Shown here: positions 26,091 through 38,700 of the stretch, one piece after another
Numbering within the stretch: position 1 is the stretch's first letter
How the letters are laid out: every line of letters starts with the position of its first letter
Source of the DNA: Cenococcum geophilum
Taxonomy: Eukaryota
Length of the DNA stretch: 64,000 nt
Assembly (NCBI GenBank): GCA_050273025.1
Contig: CP158635.1
Span: 32,674,001 to 32,738,000, forward strand
Direction: 5' to 3'
Notes under the pieces: generated by a model
The model's input: only the letters and a program-made list of their open reading frames with translations
Databases searched by the model: none
What the model was told of the DNA's origin: nothing
Made by a program: the position numbers and the translations under genes

Positions 26091-26750
26091 TATACTAGTA
26101 GGTATAGATTTGCTTTGCAGCAGGGGGGAAGCTTTAGGCAGAGGCTCGTATAGAGCTTCGAGCGGAGCTTCGTGCAGAGCTTCGAGCAGAGCTTCGTGCA
26201 GAGGTTCGAGCAGAGGTTCGAGCAGAGGTTCGAGCAGAGGTTCGTGCAGAGCCACGTGCAGAGCCACGTGCAGGCATGCAGACGTGTAGATGTGCAGACG
26301 TGCAGACGTTCGTACGGGCGATCGTGCAGACGTTCGTAGAGACGATTGTATGGGCAATTGTTTGGACGTTCGTACGGGCGTTCGTGGGGCGATTAATTGA
26401 TTGATCAATTGTATGGACGTTTGTATGGGCGTTCGTGTAGGCAATCGATCGCAATTAATTGATTATATGGGCGTTCGTACTAGCGTTCGTGCAGATTATA
26501 GTCTTCCTAGTATATAAAACTTGTATTTGGGCTCGTTTTTAAAGGCCTTATAAACGGCTTTGTATAGGCGTTCGTGCAGGCGTTCGTGCAGGCGTTCGTG
26601 CAGGCGTTCGTGCAGGCGTTCGTGCAGGCGTCCGTGCAGGCGTTTGTGTAGGCGTTCGTGCAGGCGTTTGTGTAGGCGTTCGTGTAGGTGTTTGTGTAGG
26701 CGTTTGTGTAGGTGTTCGTACAGGCATTTGTAGGGACGTTTGTAGAGACA
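26091..26750 (-). repeat. 12-bp minisatellite unit in reverse orientation, with terminal motif
   Basis: GTGCAGAGCTTC and GTGCAGGCGTTC repeats. 26091-26145 is the near reverse complement of 25105-25160. Confidence 0.9.
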
Positions 26751-26928
26751 TTAGGGGCACAATTAGGCTCTATTGTGGATGGATTCTGTAGAGCAAAAAG
26801 AGGGCTTTTAAATGGAGGTATTGGTGAGTTGAGCGGTGGTGTATTAGGGGGCGATATACCGCGTTAAAGGTGATAACGACTGTCGTCTACTAAGCAGGTG
26901 GCCTACCTTTACAAATCGCGCCCATAAC

Positions 26929-27171
26929 TAATCTCTCAGACCCTCGGAGAGGAATCCAGCTCAGGGCTCTGTAATTGGCTGCAACAGCTAGCGCAAGCCT
27001 GTGGCGTGCTACCTGCCACTGATTGGCCCATAAGTACCCATGAGTTGCAAGGGTGCTAAATGTGGGCTCCTGTGGCGGCGGCAGCCGCTGATTGGCTCAT
27101 AAGTACACATAAGTTCGTAAGTGGAGGCCTGGGCTGGATTCCTCTCCGAGGGTCTGAGTCAACTGAGATAA
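26929..27171 (+). other. Inverted-repeat cassette B
   Basis: Perfect 26-bp IR ctcagaccctcggagaggaatccagc (26935-26960) / 27133-27158, followed by tcaactgagataa and TGTCA-rich repeats. Confidence 0.8.
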
Positions 27172-27469
27172 TGTCAAACCTGTCAAACAGACAGGGTATC
27201 AGCTGACAGGGCTGTCTGTCAGACAGCTGTCATAACAGGGCTTGGCAATCTAAAAATTAATCTACCCTCCTACAATACCTATCGACATAAAAATTACACC
27301 AAATTATAGAGAAAAGCCTACTCTATAAAGCTATGAGATCTTTAGCTCCTTATACGTGCGCGACGTTAAGAGGAATTCGTCGCCGTAGAGGCCCCAATTC
27401 TACCTCTGCACCGCCAAGCCGCGCAGTAAACACCAACGCTAAACGCTTACGCCTACGCCACCAGCCCTC

Positions 27470-28116
27470 TGCGTAGAGCTGTGGAGCTTTGCGAGAGCTC
27501 TACGGAATAAAGCTTAGGGAGACCTGCACAGAGCTCTGCATAAAGCTCTACTAATACGCAGCACTAATATACTAGGAAGGTTCTATAATTGCCTGTACAA
27601 TCGCCCGTACAAACGCCCATACAATCAAATCGATCAATTGCCCATACAATCGTCTCTACAAACGTCTCTGCAATTAACCGCCCGTACGAACGTCTGCACG
27701 TCTGCACAGCTACACGTCTGCACGCCTGCACGTGGCTCTGCACGAAGCTCTACACGAAGCTCTGCACGAAGCTCTGCACGAAGCTCTGCACGAAGCTCTG
27801 CAAAAAGCTTTTATATAGAGCCTCCGTAGTAGAGCCGTCGTACGCAGAACCGTCGTACGCAGAGCCGTCGTGCAGAGCCTCCGTATACAGAGCTTCGTGC
27901 AGAGTCTCCGTACGCAGAGCTTTGTGCGGAGCTTCGTGCAGAGCTTCGTGGAGAGCTTCGGTACGCAGAGCTTTGTGCAGAGCCTCCGTACGCAGAGCTT
28001 CGTGCAGAGCTTCGTGCAGAACTCGTGCAGAGCTTTGTGCAGTCTCCGTACGCAGAGCTTTGTGCGGAGCTTCGTGCAAAGCTTCGTGCAGAGCTTCGTG
28101 CAGAGCTTCGTGCAGA
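27470..28116. repeat. Minisatellite array switching from forward (to ~27810) to reverse (from ~27815)
   Basis: acgaagctctgc repeats, then gcagagcttcgt and 15-bp gtacgcagagcctcc variants. Confidence 0.9.
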
Positions 28117-28189
28117 CCCTGAGTAGGCGAATCACCCATTCGGCGGCGCTTTCCACTAGAGTCGCATTGTTTGATAAACCTCGCGAAAG

Positions 28190-28297
28190 TCTCTTAGACC
28201 ATAGAATTAACTTTTTAATAAAAAAGGTTAGCGATATCCGCTTGCGGATATACGTATGTCCGCTAATTGATTCTATGGTCTAAGCTTGCTGAGGTAA
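28190..28297 (+). other. Inverted-repeat cassette C upstream of the piggyBac-like gene
   Basis: 17/18 IR cttagaccatagaattaa (28193-28210) / ttgattctatggtctaag (28267-28284), then cttg-ctgaggtaa. Same layout as cassettes A and B. Confidence 0.65.
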
Positions 28298-29386
28298 GGG
28301 CTGATTAAGGAATTCTGGGTATCCCTTTATAGTTTCTTTATCGTATAGTAGCTGGTAGAGGGTTTTAAGATAATAATAAATTAAAATTTCCTTTTATGGC
28401 TTAGGCTGTTAGACCCTGTTCTGATAATATCTTGATACTGTCAGCTGATAGGCTGGCTGTTTAATAGGGCTGTCAAGCCTGTTACCCGCAAGTCTGAAAT
28501 CAACAAACGTCTCCACTATAGAATCTATATAGCTCCCTACCTCAATTATTTACTACAATGGGTCGCAAACGTACTTCCAATGATGCAGATCTTATGTAAC
28601 CTGACCAATATATTGTTCCAAAGACCAAGAAGGCCAAAATCCCGCCGCAGCAGCCCTGGCCGCTACCTAAATTCGACCCTCTGCCTATTGATCTTCCTTA
28701 TACTAATGGCGCTCCAAATCTCCTACCGCATATAGATCCTTCAGATCCTATCGCCTTATTTAAACTTATATGGATAGACGACTTACTTAAAGAGCTGGCA
28801 GCTTATACAAACGAGTATACAAAGCTTTATCCTTTCCGCGAACATAAGGATAAGAACAGGAGGATCTAGAGACCTCGCCTATAGCAGCCAACTACTGCTA
28901 GGGAGCTTCTTATATACTTAGCAGTAACAATTTATATAGGGCTATTACCAGAATTAGATATTAAGGACTATTGGAGAATAACCCGTAAGAAAGTAGTTAA
29001 TTATTTTACTATTAGGGAGTATATAAGTAAGAACCGTTAGTAGTAAATAGATTTAAAGCTTTATATATCTTTACCTAGGATCTAAGCAGTAAGACAAAAG
29101 AGTCTCCTTTTAATAAGATTGATATACTTAGTAATACCTTACGCAACCGTTTCCGACAGTATTAGAAGCCTAAAACTTACCTTACCGTTAATAAAATAAT
29201 TGCTTAGTTTACTAGGCGAGCTTATAAAACTATTAATATTCCAACTACCTATGACGTTTTAGTTTTGTAAACTTAACCAACACTACCTCGCTAGCTAGGT
29301 AGCTGCTGGTACGGTGTACAGCCTACTAAGGAACCTAGAAAATTATAATATATTCACTACTTATTTTTATAAGGCCTTCGCCGTAC

Positions 29387-32300
29387 TGTTAGCGACTTAG
29401 TCAATCGAGATATAAGCACGGTAAAAGGGTCGCGCAAGCCTGTACGATTGGATTGTCTATAAACGAGAATCTAAAGCTAAAGAAAGGAAAGGAGAAGAAG
29501 GGGAGCGCCGCTCAAAGCTATATACGATCTTCGCGTCACGTGACCGCAATATGCGGCAATCTGTGGCAACTTGCTGGTGCGTGGTTCTGCCAAGTTCTGC
29601 TAGTGCCGTAATATTACCCCCCCCTCTAAAAAAGCCTGCTCTTAGGCTTTGCTGCTAAAAGTCTTAGTAAGAGAATCTAACCAATTAGACAACTTCAACC
29701 GCTGGTTAAAGTTCCTAAATATTTTAGCACCTTATATAACTAAGAAATTTCTAGGGCGTTTTTGTCCTTATATTCTTTTAGTAGCTTATTATCTTTATTA
29801 TACTAGCATTCTATCCACTTATCTAGGTACTTTAGTGGTCTGGGTTTATTAGGGTAATAGCTATAGAACTTCTAAAGCTTATAGGGGCTACCTATAAAGT
29901 TCTATATAGGGTATTAAGTGGGGTCTAGGTTATATCCTTTCTAACTAATATAATACTTTAACGTTTCCTTTATAAGTTTATAGGCCAGTATTTCTTTAAT
30001 TTCCTATTTATTATTGTCGTTAACTTAAATTAGTAGGGGAGGTTTATTCTTTTATCTAGGTAGTGGGTTATTTATAGCTTTCCATAGCTTATCTAGTAAA
30101 AAGATAGGGTGGACTTTAATTAAGTCTAGGAGCTTAACCTTGTACAAGTTGCCTACTTTATTAAGAATCTTATACGGTCCTACTATCTTATAGTTTAGCT
30201 TACAGCTAGGCCGTTCTATCTTTTAGTTCTTTGTTATAACCTAGACCATATTACCTATAGTAAAGTTAGGCTCGCGCCTATGCTTATTTGCCTGCTATTC
30301 TATTAATTTCTAGGCCTTTTTTAGGTTTATATAGGCTACTTTCTAAGCTTCTTTTAAGCGCTTAGTATACTACTAGGCTTCCTTATAAGATAGTTTTTTG
30401 CGTATAGTTTAGGGCCTTTCTAGTCTTTCCTAGTTAAAGCTTATGTGGGGTAGGTAACCCATTTCTAGTTAAATAGGGGTAAATCCGGTAGAGTTGTGGG
30501 GTAGGGTTGCTTAGGCGTAGTTTATTAAGGGGAATAGTTTAGCCTAGTTATTCTAGAAGTAGTTAACGAAAGGCCGGAGTCTTTAGTCTAAGTATTAATT
30601 TATAATTTCCGTTTAACTATCTATCTAGGGGTAATATGCTGTAGAAAGCTTTAGCTTAATGCCTAGGATCTAGGTAAACTTAGGGGTCATTCGGTTGCAA
30701 AAGCGTCAGATTGAATCTGAACTAAAAGTCCGGCAGAATGAACGCGTTCCTTCCCAATTTGACACGCGTCTGTAGCTCTACGGGTTACACGGACATGTGC
30801 AATCTAAAGCCTTCAGATTTAAATGAGGAGCTTAAAGCTCCTTATTTAAACTAACGCTAAGACCTCAGTTCAGATTCTATATGCGGTAAAGTTGCCAACT
30901 TTTTAGTAACTTTTAGCGTGTTTTTTGGGCGGTTAGAGGAACATTAAAAATTTGTGGCTGAAGTCAAGCTGAACTGGAATTCAACCGAACGGTCGCCTTA
31001 GAATTAGATTGGAGCTCTAGATCAGATCCATTCTAAAGCCCTCATTCTAATCTGAACTTATAACCGAACGACCCCTTATTCTAAAAGGCTAATATAAACT
31101 ATAGTTTATAGTTAGATATAATAGTATCTAGTAGTCCGTAAATTTAGTAGACGTAGTAGATATATAGTTGGGCTGCCTCTTTAGTATTAATATTTTTGTG
31201 ATAGGGAATTAAGAACGGGCGCTTGCTAAAGTGGTTAACTAAGATTATAACTATATTATATCCATTATAGTCTAGAGGTAGCTTATAAAAGTTTATAGAG
31301 ATATATTACTAAGGGCGGTTAGGTATTAGGAGGGGTTTTAATCGTCCTAGGGTCTTATTTTATGGAATTATAGACCTATAGTAGTTATTGCAGTTCCGTA
31401 TATAGCGGTTGATATTTATAACTATTCCGGGCTAGTAGTAGCGGTCGCCAATAATCCTACGGGTTTTATTCTTTCTAGGGTAGGCTGTAAAGACCTAGGT
31501 ATATGCTTTAGTAATAAGCTAAGTTTATAAGTTCTATTTTTTTGCCACTACTAGCCGTTTCTAATACTTAAGTAATCCATTTTCGAGGGATTATGGGCTG
31601 GTAATGTTCTTTACCTTTTTACGGTACTCCTGTAGAGAAGGGGCCGTATAGTTTATCTATAGTAATTTGTTAATTAAGTTAAGTCCTAAAGGGTTAATAG
31701 GATATATCTCGGCGCCTAAGGAGTTTATACTTAGTTCTGCCTATATCCGGGGGTTAAGGTACTCTAGTTATAGTAGCGTCTAGGTCTATAATAAGATCTT
31801 CGCAGCTGTATAGTTACTTAGGTCTTATTTACGCCTAGTAAGAGTATCTATATAGTTTATAGCGCCTAGTTTATATATAATTAAGAAGTTAAACTAAGAT
31901 AGGATATCCGCCTAGCGTGCCTGCCGGGCCGTAAGGGCCTTAGTTATTATAAAGTATTCTAGGGCCTTGTGATCTAATACTACTTTAATGGGTTTAGGGG
32001 TCCCCTCTAGCTATATACGCTAGTGCTAAAAGCTAGAAATAATAGCTAGCATTTCTTTATTATGGATGTAGTAGTTTAGTTTAGCATTTATTATAGTCTT
32101 TAAATAGTATGCAATAGGGTACTATTCTCCGTCTAATTACTTTTAAGAAAAAATACCGGCTATTACGCTGTCTAAGGCATTAGTTTCTAGTATTAAGGGC
32201 CGTTCCGGGTTAAAGTGGGTAAGTAGGGGGGCCAATACTAGCCGTTTTTTAAGCTTATTAAAGGCCTATATATATATAGCGTTAAAGTAAAAGGGCTGGT

Positions 32301-35300
32301 CTTTCCTAGTAAGGCGGTTAAGAGGCTAGGTAATCCTACTATAGTTCTTAATAAAGCGTTAGTAGAAGTTACAGAAACCTAAAAATAATTGCACCCCTTT
32401 TACGGTCTATGGGGGCGTCCACTAGTTAATTATAGTTGTTTTCTCTGGGTTGGCCTTAATTCCGTTTATGCTGATAATAAAACCTAGGTACTTTATATGC
32501 TTAACACTAAATTCTAACTTCTTAATATTAGCCTGGAGGCCAGCTTCGCGGAGCTATTATAGGACTTTATAGACGTGCTTCTTATATTCTAGTTTATTCT
32601 CTAAGTAGATTATAATATTATCTAAATAGGCTGTATAGAAGTCGTTAAGGTAGTTAAAGAGTATATTGTTTATATACCGCTAGTATATAGCTAATTCGTT
32701 GGTTAGTCTAAAAGGAAGTATCTTATATTTATACGTCCCGTAACGGGTTTAGAATATAGTAAGATCCTTAAACCTAGGGTTTATCCTAATTTAGTAAAAG
32801 GCCTAGCGGATATTAAGCTTTATAAAAACCTTAGCTCTACTTATTTGGGTAAGAGTCTTATTAAGTAAGGGTAGTGGGTAGCAGTCCTTACGGGTTATAT
32901 TATTTAGCTTATGGTAGTTAATATAGAAGCGCAGTCCTCTATTTAGCTTTTTAATAAAGAGAATAGGTAAGTTAAAAGGGGCTTGGCTAGGCTTAATAAA
33001 GCCCTTATTTAGGTTATTAATAAGGTACTACTTTATAGCTTATAATTTAGCAATAGACTATAAATAGAGAGGGCTAAAGCTAAGGGTGCTTCCCTTGTCT
33101 TGCTTGATCTCGATCTTATGGTTATATAGTTAGTAGGGTAGAAGCATATTAGACGCTGCCTTAGAGAATACGTCCTTAAATTTCCGGTGTTAATTAGGTA
33201 GTTTTTGCTCCACTAGTTCTTTATTTATAAGCCCACTTTCCTATCTATTAAGCTCGCTTTTCTTTTCCTTAATTATTCGGTTAATTTCGTATAGGCTAGT
33301 TATAAAGGTAATGGTATTAGGCTAAACTAGGTTTTAGTAGAATCCTATAGCGCTAATATAGCAGATATTAACTAGTAGGAGGTCTGTAGGTTTCTTTAGC
33401 GTCCGTTAGGCCGTGGTTTGCGGTATAGGGTTTATAGTCTTCCTTAGCTTATATTCTATTTTCCATAAGTTATCCTTCCTATCTATTAGTTTAGTATAGC
33501 GTCCGATATCCCTAGCTTTCCTTTATAGCTTTATAGGGTTCTCTATAGGGAACTTAGCTAGGTTACTACTAACTCTCTAGGTTTCTAGTATGGGTGGCGT
33601 AATATAGGTAGTCTAAGGGCGGCGTAGTATATAAATCCGTTGCGGGTTAAGCTATACGTCCTTCTTAAAGGCCTAGTCTCTGCGTATAGTATTAGCCTAG
33701 TAAATAGTATTAATTTAGGGCTATATAAGGTTTTCTATTATAATGCTGATTTCTTTTATAAAGGAAGGGGTTAAGGGTAGAGTTTTGGGCTAGATAAGCC
33801 GTCTACTCCGTACTTTAAGCTATAAGCCTAAATAGGCTAGCTATTTTCTTTTTAAGATTATATTGTGGCTTTCTAAGTCCGTAATAAGAAAGGGGATATT
33901 ATACTACCTTTGTTTGTTAACGCGGAGGTAAATCCGCAAGATAGTTGTAATAGGTAGCCCTATCCGTCCGTTATAACCGCGAATAGGGATTGGTTTAAGT
34001 AGTTCTTTAAGGGGTATATTTAAAAAGTTAGCCAGTTTTACAGCGCACTTTATATTAATTAAGGTAAAGATATTTACTCCTAAGTTAGCCAATATAAAGG
34101 TTAAAACTTAATATTTATTGCGAAATAAAGTATAAGGGATAGTGCAGCTTCTTCTACTAACTAGCTAACCTAGATCGATATATAATATATTAATCCCTTT
34201 TAACCCTAGAGAGGAGTTTTCCTCTAAGGTTCCTCTTTTTCTGGCTCTGTACTATCCTCCTAAATTAATAGGACCTTATTTGTCTTTACCTTTATTAGGC
34301 AGTTCCTTATAAGGTGGCCTATTTAACTATATAAGAAGTAAGCTCCTTAATCACTAAGGGCCTATATATAGGGGTCGCTGTATATAGGCCGGGTATACAC
34401 CGGGCCTACAGTAAGGGTAGCTACGCGGCTAGCTGCTAAGTTAGCTATAGGAGTTGCCGATTATACTAGGGCACTATAGGCCGTACTTATAGTACTTATA
34501 GCCTAGTTTATAAGGTTTCTAGTTTTTAGCTAGTTAGCGTATACCTTAATTTAACGGAGGCCTTAGTTAATAGCTAGGTAATGGTCTATAAGTTCCTTTA
34601 ACGTCTATACCATAATATAAGCTAGTAATACGGCCCGCTATAGGTCTAGGGTAAGCTTATTAAAGAGGTCTAGTAGTAAGTCTTTCTAGGGGATCTAGGC
34701 CTATTCGGCTAGGTATAAAAAGCGGGTTTAGAAGGCCGAAAAGGTCTCTATTATTTTTATATTTAGGCTTTTATAGCTAAGGCGGGCGTTTTATACTTTA
34801 AAAGGGTCTTTATAAATAGAAGATAAGTATTTAATTATTTTTTCTTTAGAGATAAAGGGGTTTGTTAAGTCTTTAGTATATTATAGGCGTAAATACATCT
34901 AAGCATCTCTACCAGTACGGCTAAAGACGTAGGCCATTCTGGCTTGGGCGTTAGGGAAGTAGTCTATATTAACTTTAAGCTTATCCCATAATTAAAGCTT
35001 CTAATTATTAAATATAGGGTTAGTTCCGTCTATAAGTAGTAGGGGGTCCGCAACCTTTACTAACCACTTTAGTACGGTATAGGCCTTAATAGATCTATTA
35101 AGGCGCTAGGATAGGGCCTAAAGGACTATAATAAGTCTTTAGTTATCTAATAATAACTTATTATTAGATATAGGGGTATCTCTAGCTTTAAGCAGCTCTC
35201 GCAATTATTTAATTTTGGTATTAGCAGCTATAAGCTCCGCCTAAGGGGTTAAAACGTTAATTGTTTCTTCGTTTGAAGTATTTAAGGGTCCTATAGCTGC

Positions 35301-35762
35301 TTTACCTACTACTATAGTTTGTGGCATAGTGGTAAGGGTATTAGGTAATTCTAGGTAATTTCTTTAGGGGTTCTAGTCTATGTGTATCTTATAGGTCCTT
35401 TTCTTAGGGTTCTATTCTTTTCTTTTAGGTCCTGTCTTTATGGTCCTAGTAATGTCCTTAGGGTCCTATTTTATATTCTCGTAGATATATTTAAGTTCCT
35501 TCTTAGGAAGAAAGAGTAGAGTAAGCTTTAGATAATATTAGTAACTTAGTTAATTAAGATATAAGCACGGCAAAAGGGTTGCGTAAGCCTGTATGATTGG
35601 ATTATCTATAAACAAGAATCTAAAGCTAAAGAAAGGAAAGGAGAAGAAGGGGAGCGCCGCTTGAAGCTATATACGATCTTCGCGTCACATGACCGCAATA
35701 TGCGGCAATCTGTGGCAACTTGCCGGTGCGTGGTTCTGCTAAGTTCTGCTAGTGCCGTAACA
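29387..35762 (-). mobile_element. Ty3/Gypsy element (family 3), full length, RIPped
   Basis: 227-bp LTRs at 29387-29613 and 35536-35762, TSD CGTAC, PPT complement ttacccccccct at 29614. gag ~35330-34200, protease ~34080, RT AYL(DD)II ~32620, RNase H, integrase, chromodomain-like end ~29700-29850. Confidence 0.93.
30683..31075. mobile_element. PIF/Harbinger-type MITE (393 bp)
   Basis: TIR ggggtc(a/g)ttcggtt, TTA TSD, inserted in the Gypsy integrase. Homologous to 42042-42404 and to the end of the element at 57184. Confidence 0.9.
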
Positions 35763-38700
35763 CGTACTATAATTCCGTTAGCCTTATTGTAGGCCCTTAT
35801 AACTTTACATCTATTTATCTCTTTGCGCTTCTAGGCCTTAATTACCTTATTAGCAGCCCTTTTCTTAAGCTTCTCTTATGCATCCTATAATACTAAGAGT
35901 TTAAAATTCTCTATAGCATTGCGCCTATCTTATATATAAAGTACGCCTCCCGTTTAAAGTGACTGCCAAGCATCCTTTTATATATCCTTACGCTTCTACA
36001 CTATAGTAGTAGTGCGTAATAAGTCTCTATATACAGCCTTAGCTGCAACCACAATTGCTAGGCTACTATATATAAACTTTTCGTGTGGGATATACCACGT
36101 ATCCTCGTCCTCCTCCTAATCTAGTAGATTAGCTAGTACTGTAAGCATATACGCATAAGCTGGTGTCTCTAGAAGGTGATTTTCTATAGAACCTGCATCT
36201 ATAGGCGTTGTTACCCGTAGTAATAGCATTTAAATTTGGCTAAGTATAATGGTGGGATTAAAAGGAATTAGCCCTAATTTTGCCTAGGCGCTTAGAACTA
36301 TACTTCTCTTAAATATATTAAGGCGAACTTTATATAAAGCTTATAGAAACTCCATCTTATTAAAATCTATATAGCTATTTTAAAAGGCCCTAGCTATAGC
36401 TTACCTATACTAGTACTTATATAGCTAGAAAACTACAATATTAAGAGGCTAATAGATATGCGTTATATACGGAATTATAGCAAATAGAATAATTAGATAG
36501 TTATTACAGAACTATATAAATTACCTAATAAAATAGCTAGTGTGACTATCTAGGATAAGGAGTTAATTTTTGCTAATTTAGCGCTTTTTAGACCACTATT
36601 TAAAGTAAATAGCTCACTTTAATAGTAGCTAATTATTAATATATTTAGTGTCGCTTACTCCTAGTAAGTAATTACCTGGCAGCTTATCTATTTATATACA
36701 CTAGCACTTTTATATAGTTTTACCTACTAGGATAATAAGCAGAGGCCCTACAGCTCTATTACTAGAAATTACTTCTATAACTATAGCTAATTTACAGCTG
36801 GTATCCTTTATAGCAGTAATTTAAAAGGCCTTTAAAGCTATAATTACCTTTTCTTTCTTACCTGCGCCTAGGCGTATATCCATTTTATTATAATTATATA
36901 TATCTCCTACTATAATTTTATAAAGCCCCACTATATAATTATAGTCCTTATACTAGCGTAATAGCGCTATTAGGTTTTCTGCCGCCTATCTTTCTAGCTC
37001 CTTAGGATTCTTAGTATATAGACTAAATTTAGGGTAGCGCTTAAGGAATCTGTTAGTCTAATGGCTGCTATAGAGTAGCGGTTCTTCTAGGCCGGTATAA
37101 CGTAATCTAAGTATATAATTACACTCCTACTTAAGCTCTTGGACTATTACACGCGTTTTAAGCACATTATAGCAATATAACTATATTAGAAGGCCCTTCT
37201 TCTTATATAGAGTAAGTAGTAGGTTATAAGCTGGTAGTCTAGGCTGTATAGGGAGTCTATTAACATAATTCTTAATACGGTCGTATTTGGCACAGAAATA
37301 GCGCGCAGTAGTAGTAATAGAAGGAAACTTATTAGCTATATAGGCAGCAAAGGCCTTTTAAACCTTAGCCTCATCTTTAAGAGGATTAGAAGTTATAGTT
37401 ATAGATAATTATTACAGTTTAAAGTTTAAAGTTGTTTTCTGGGTTCCTTAGTAGGCTATATACCGTACTAGCAGCCACCTAGCTAGTAAGGTAGTGTTAG
37501 TTAAGTTTACAAAACTAAAACGTTACGGGTAAACCTATACTAAAAGGCTTTAAGATATAGATTATAGCTAACTAGGGCTACGTTTTAGATTAGCTCTAGT
37601 ATGCAAAAGGCAATAAAAAGGGCCCTATTAATATAGATAAATATTAAATAAAGAAAAAGGGTTTTTTAAAGACGCAGGTAGTAGTATTAGATCTTCTCCT
37701 ATAAGAACTTAATAGTAAACGGTATTTTAATAAGTATAAGCATATTATCTAGCTAGATAACCTTTTTATAAGTATTAAGCTACTTAACTAACTCTAATAG
37801 GAAGGAATTAGAGCTATAGAAATAGTATAAATAACTAAGACAAGATATAAGGTCGTAGAGGAATAGGAGAATAACACTATTATATCTACTAAGTAATTAA
37901 AAGAGGCTCTTAAGCAAATTAATCGGTTACTTACAGACCTTAAGCTAATATATTTAGGCTAAATTAAATAGGGTAAACTATATAGAAGACTTTTTAAAGA
38001 CGGCTCTGTTATAGAATTTGCTTAGAAGGACGCTAATATTGTGCTTTTTATAAGTACAGTTAATTCTAGTAAGTTTACCACCTATAAATAAGGCTCTATA
38101 AGCTCTCTAACGTTATATATTATAGGTAGAGTTAAGGTCTAGCGAACTTAACAATGCCCTACTATAACTGCATCTAGCGCCAACTAAACGCGAAAGGTCT
38201 TTGGCGACAAAGCAATAAAAGAGCTCTTAATTTCACAGTTTATTAATATATATAATTACTTTATAGGCGGTATTAACAAAGCCAATTAATTAAGGTCTTA
38301 TTATAATACGTAGAGGAAGCGCTTAAAGTCCTAAAAGCCTCTCTATTACTTCCTCCTTAATATAAGCGTCACTAATTACTATAAGCTCTTTACTAAATCT
38401 ATTCCCAGCTATTAGCTAAAGCGCAGCGCTTATAAAGCCTTATTTAACCACGGTAAACGTCTTACTAAACCTCCTAGTTATATCGCTATAATAGAGGAAA
38501 AGGATATATATAAGGCTCCTGCGGAGGAGCACGGGTAGAGTCCTATTTAACTATTTCCTAAAAAGCCTAGCTGCGCAGCTTGTATAACTATAGGTAGGGG
38601 CACTATAAAGAAAGGATTTAAAAGGAAGCCTCTTATAAAGCTTTCGGTGAATACTATATAAAACCCTCACAATAGTAAGGAGTGGGTAAGACGACGTCAT

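Larger units (their letters stand above)
29248..37529 (-). mobile_element. pogo/Fot1-type DNA transposon interrupted by a Gypsy element
   Basis: ~90-bp TIRs (cc(c/t)(g/a)t(g/a)acgttttagttttgtaaacttaac...), TA TSD at 29246-47 / 37530-31. Transposase ~37396-35763 with DIYN.(DE), LLILDSHTS(H), P..THI.(Q)PL(DV)VVF. Confidence 0.88.

Noticed and set aside
24510..28116. CRISPR-like array
   Set aside because: The 12-bp units are contiguous tandem repeats without unique spacers, the context is eukaryotic, and there are no cas genes.
24508..28283. Long ORFs such as (RASC)n, (QSFV)n, (RTPA)n, also at 2352-2582 and 42805-43419
   Set aside because: A 12-bp stop-free unit is open in several frames on both strands, so these are expected artefacts with no independent coding evidence.
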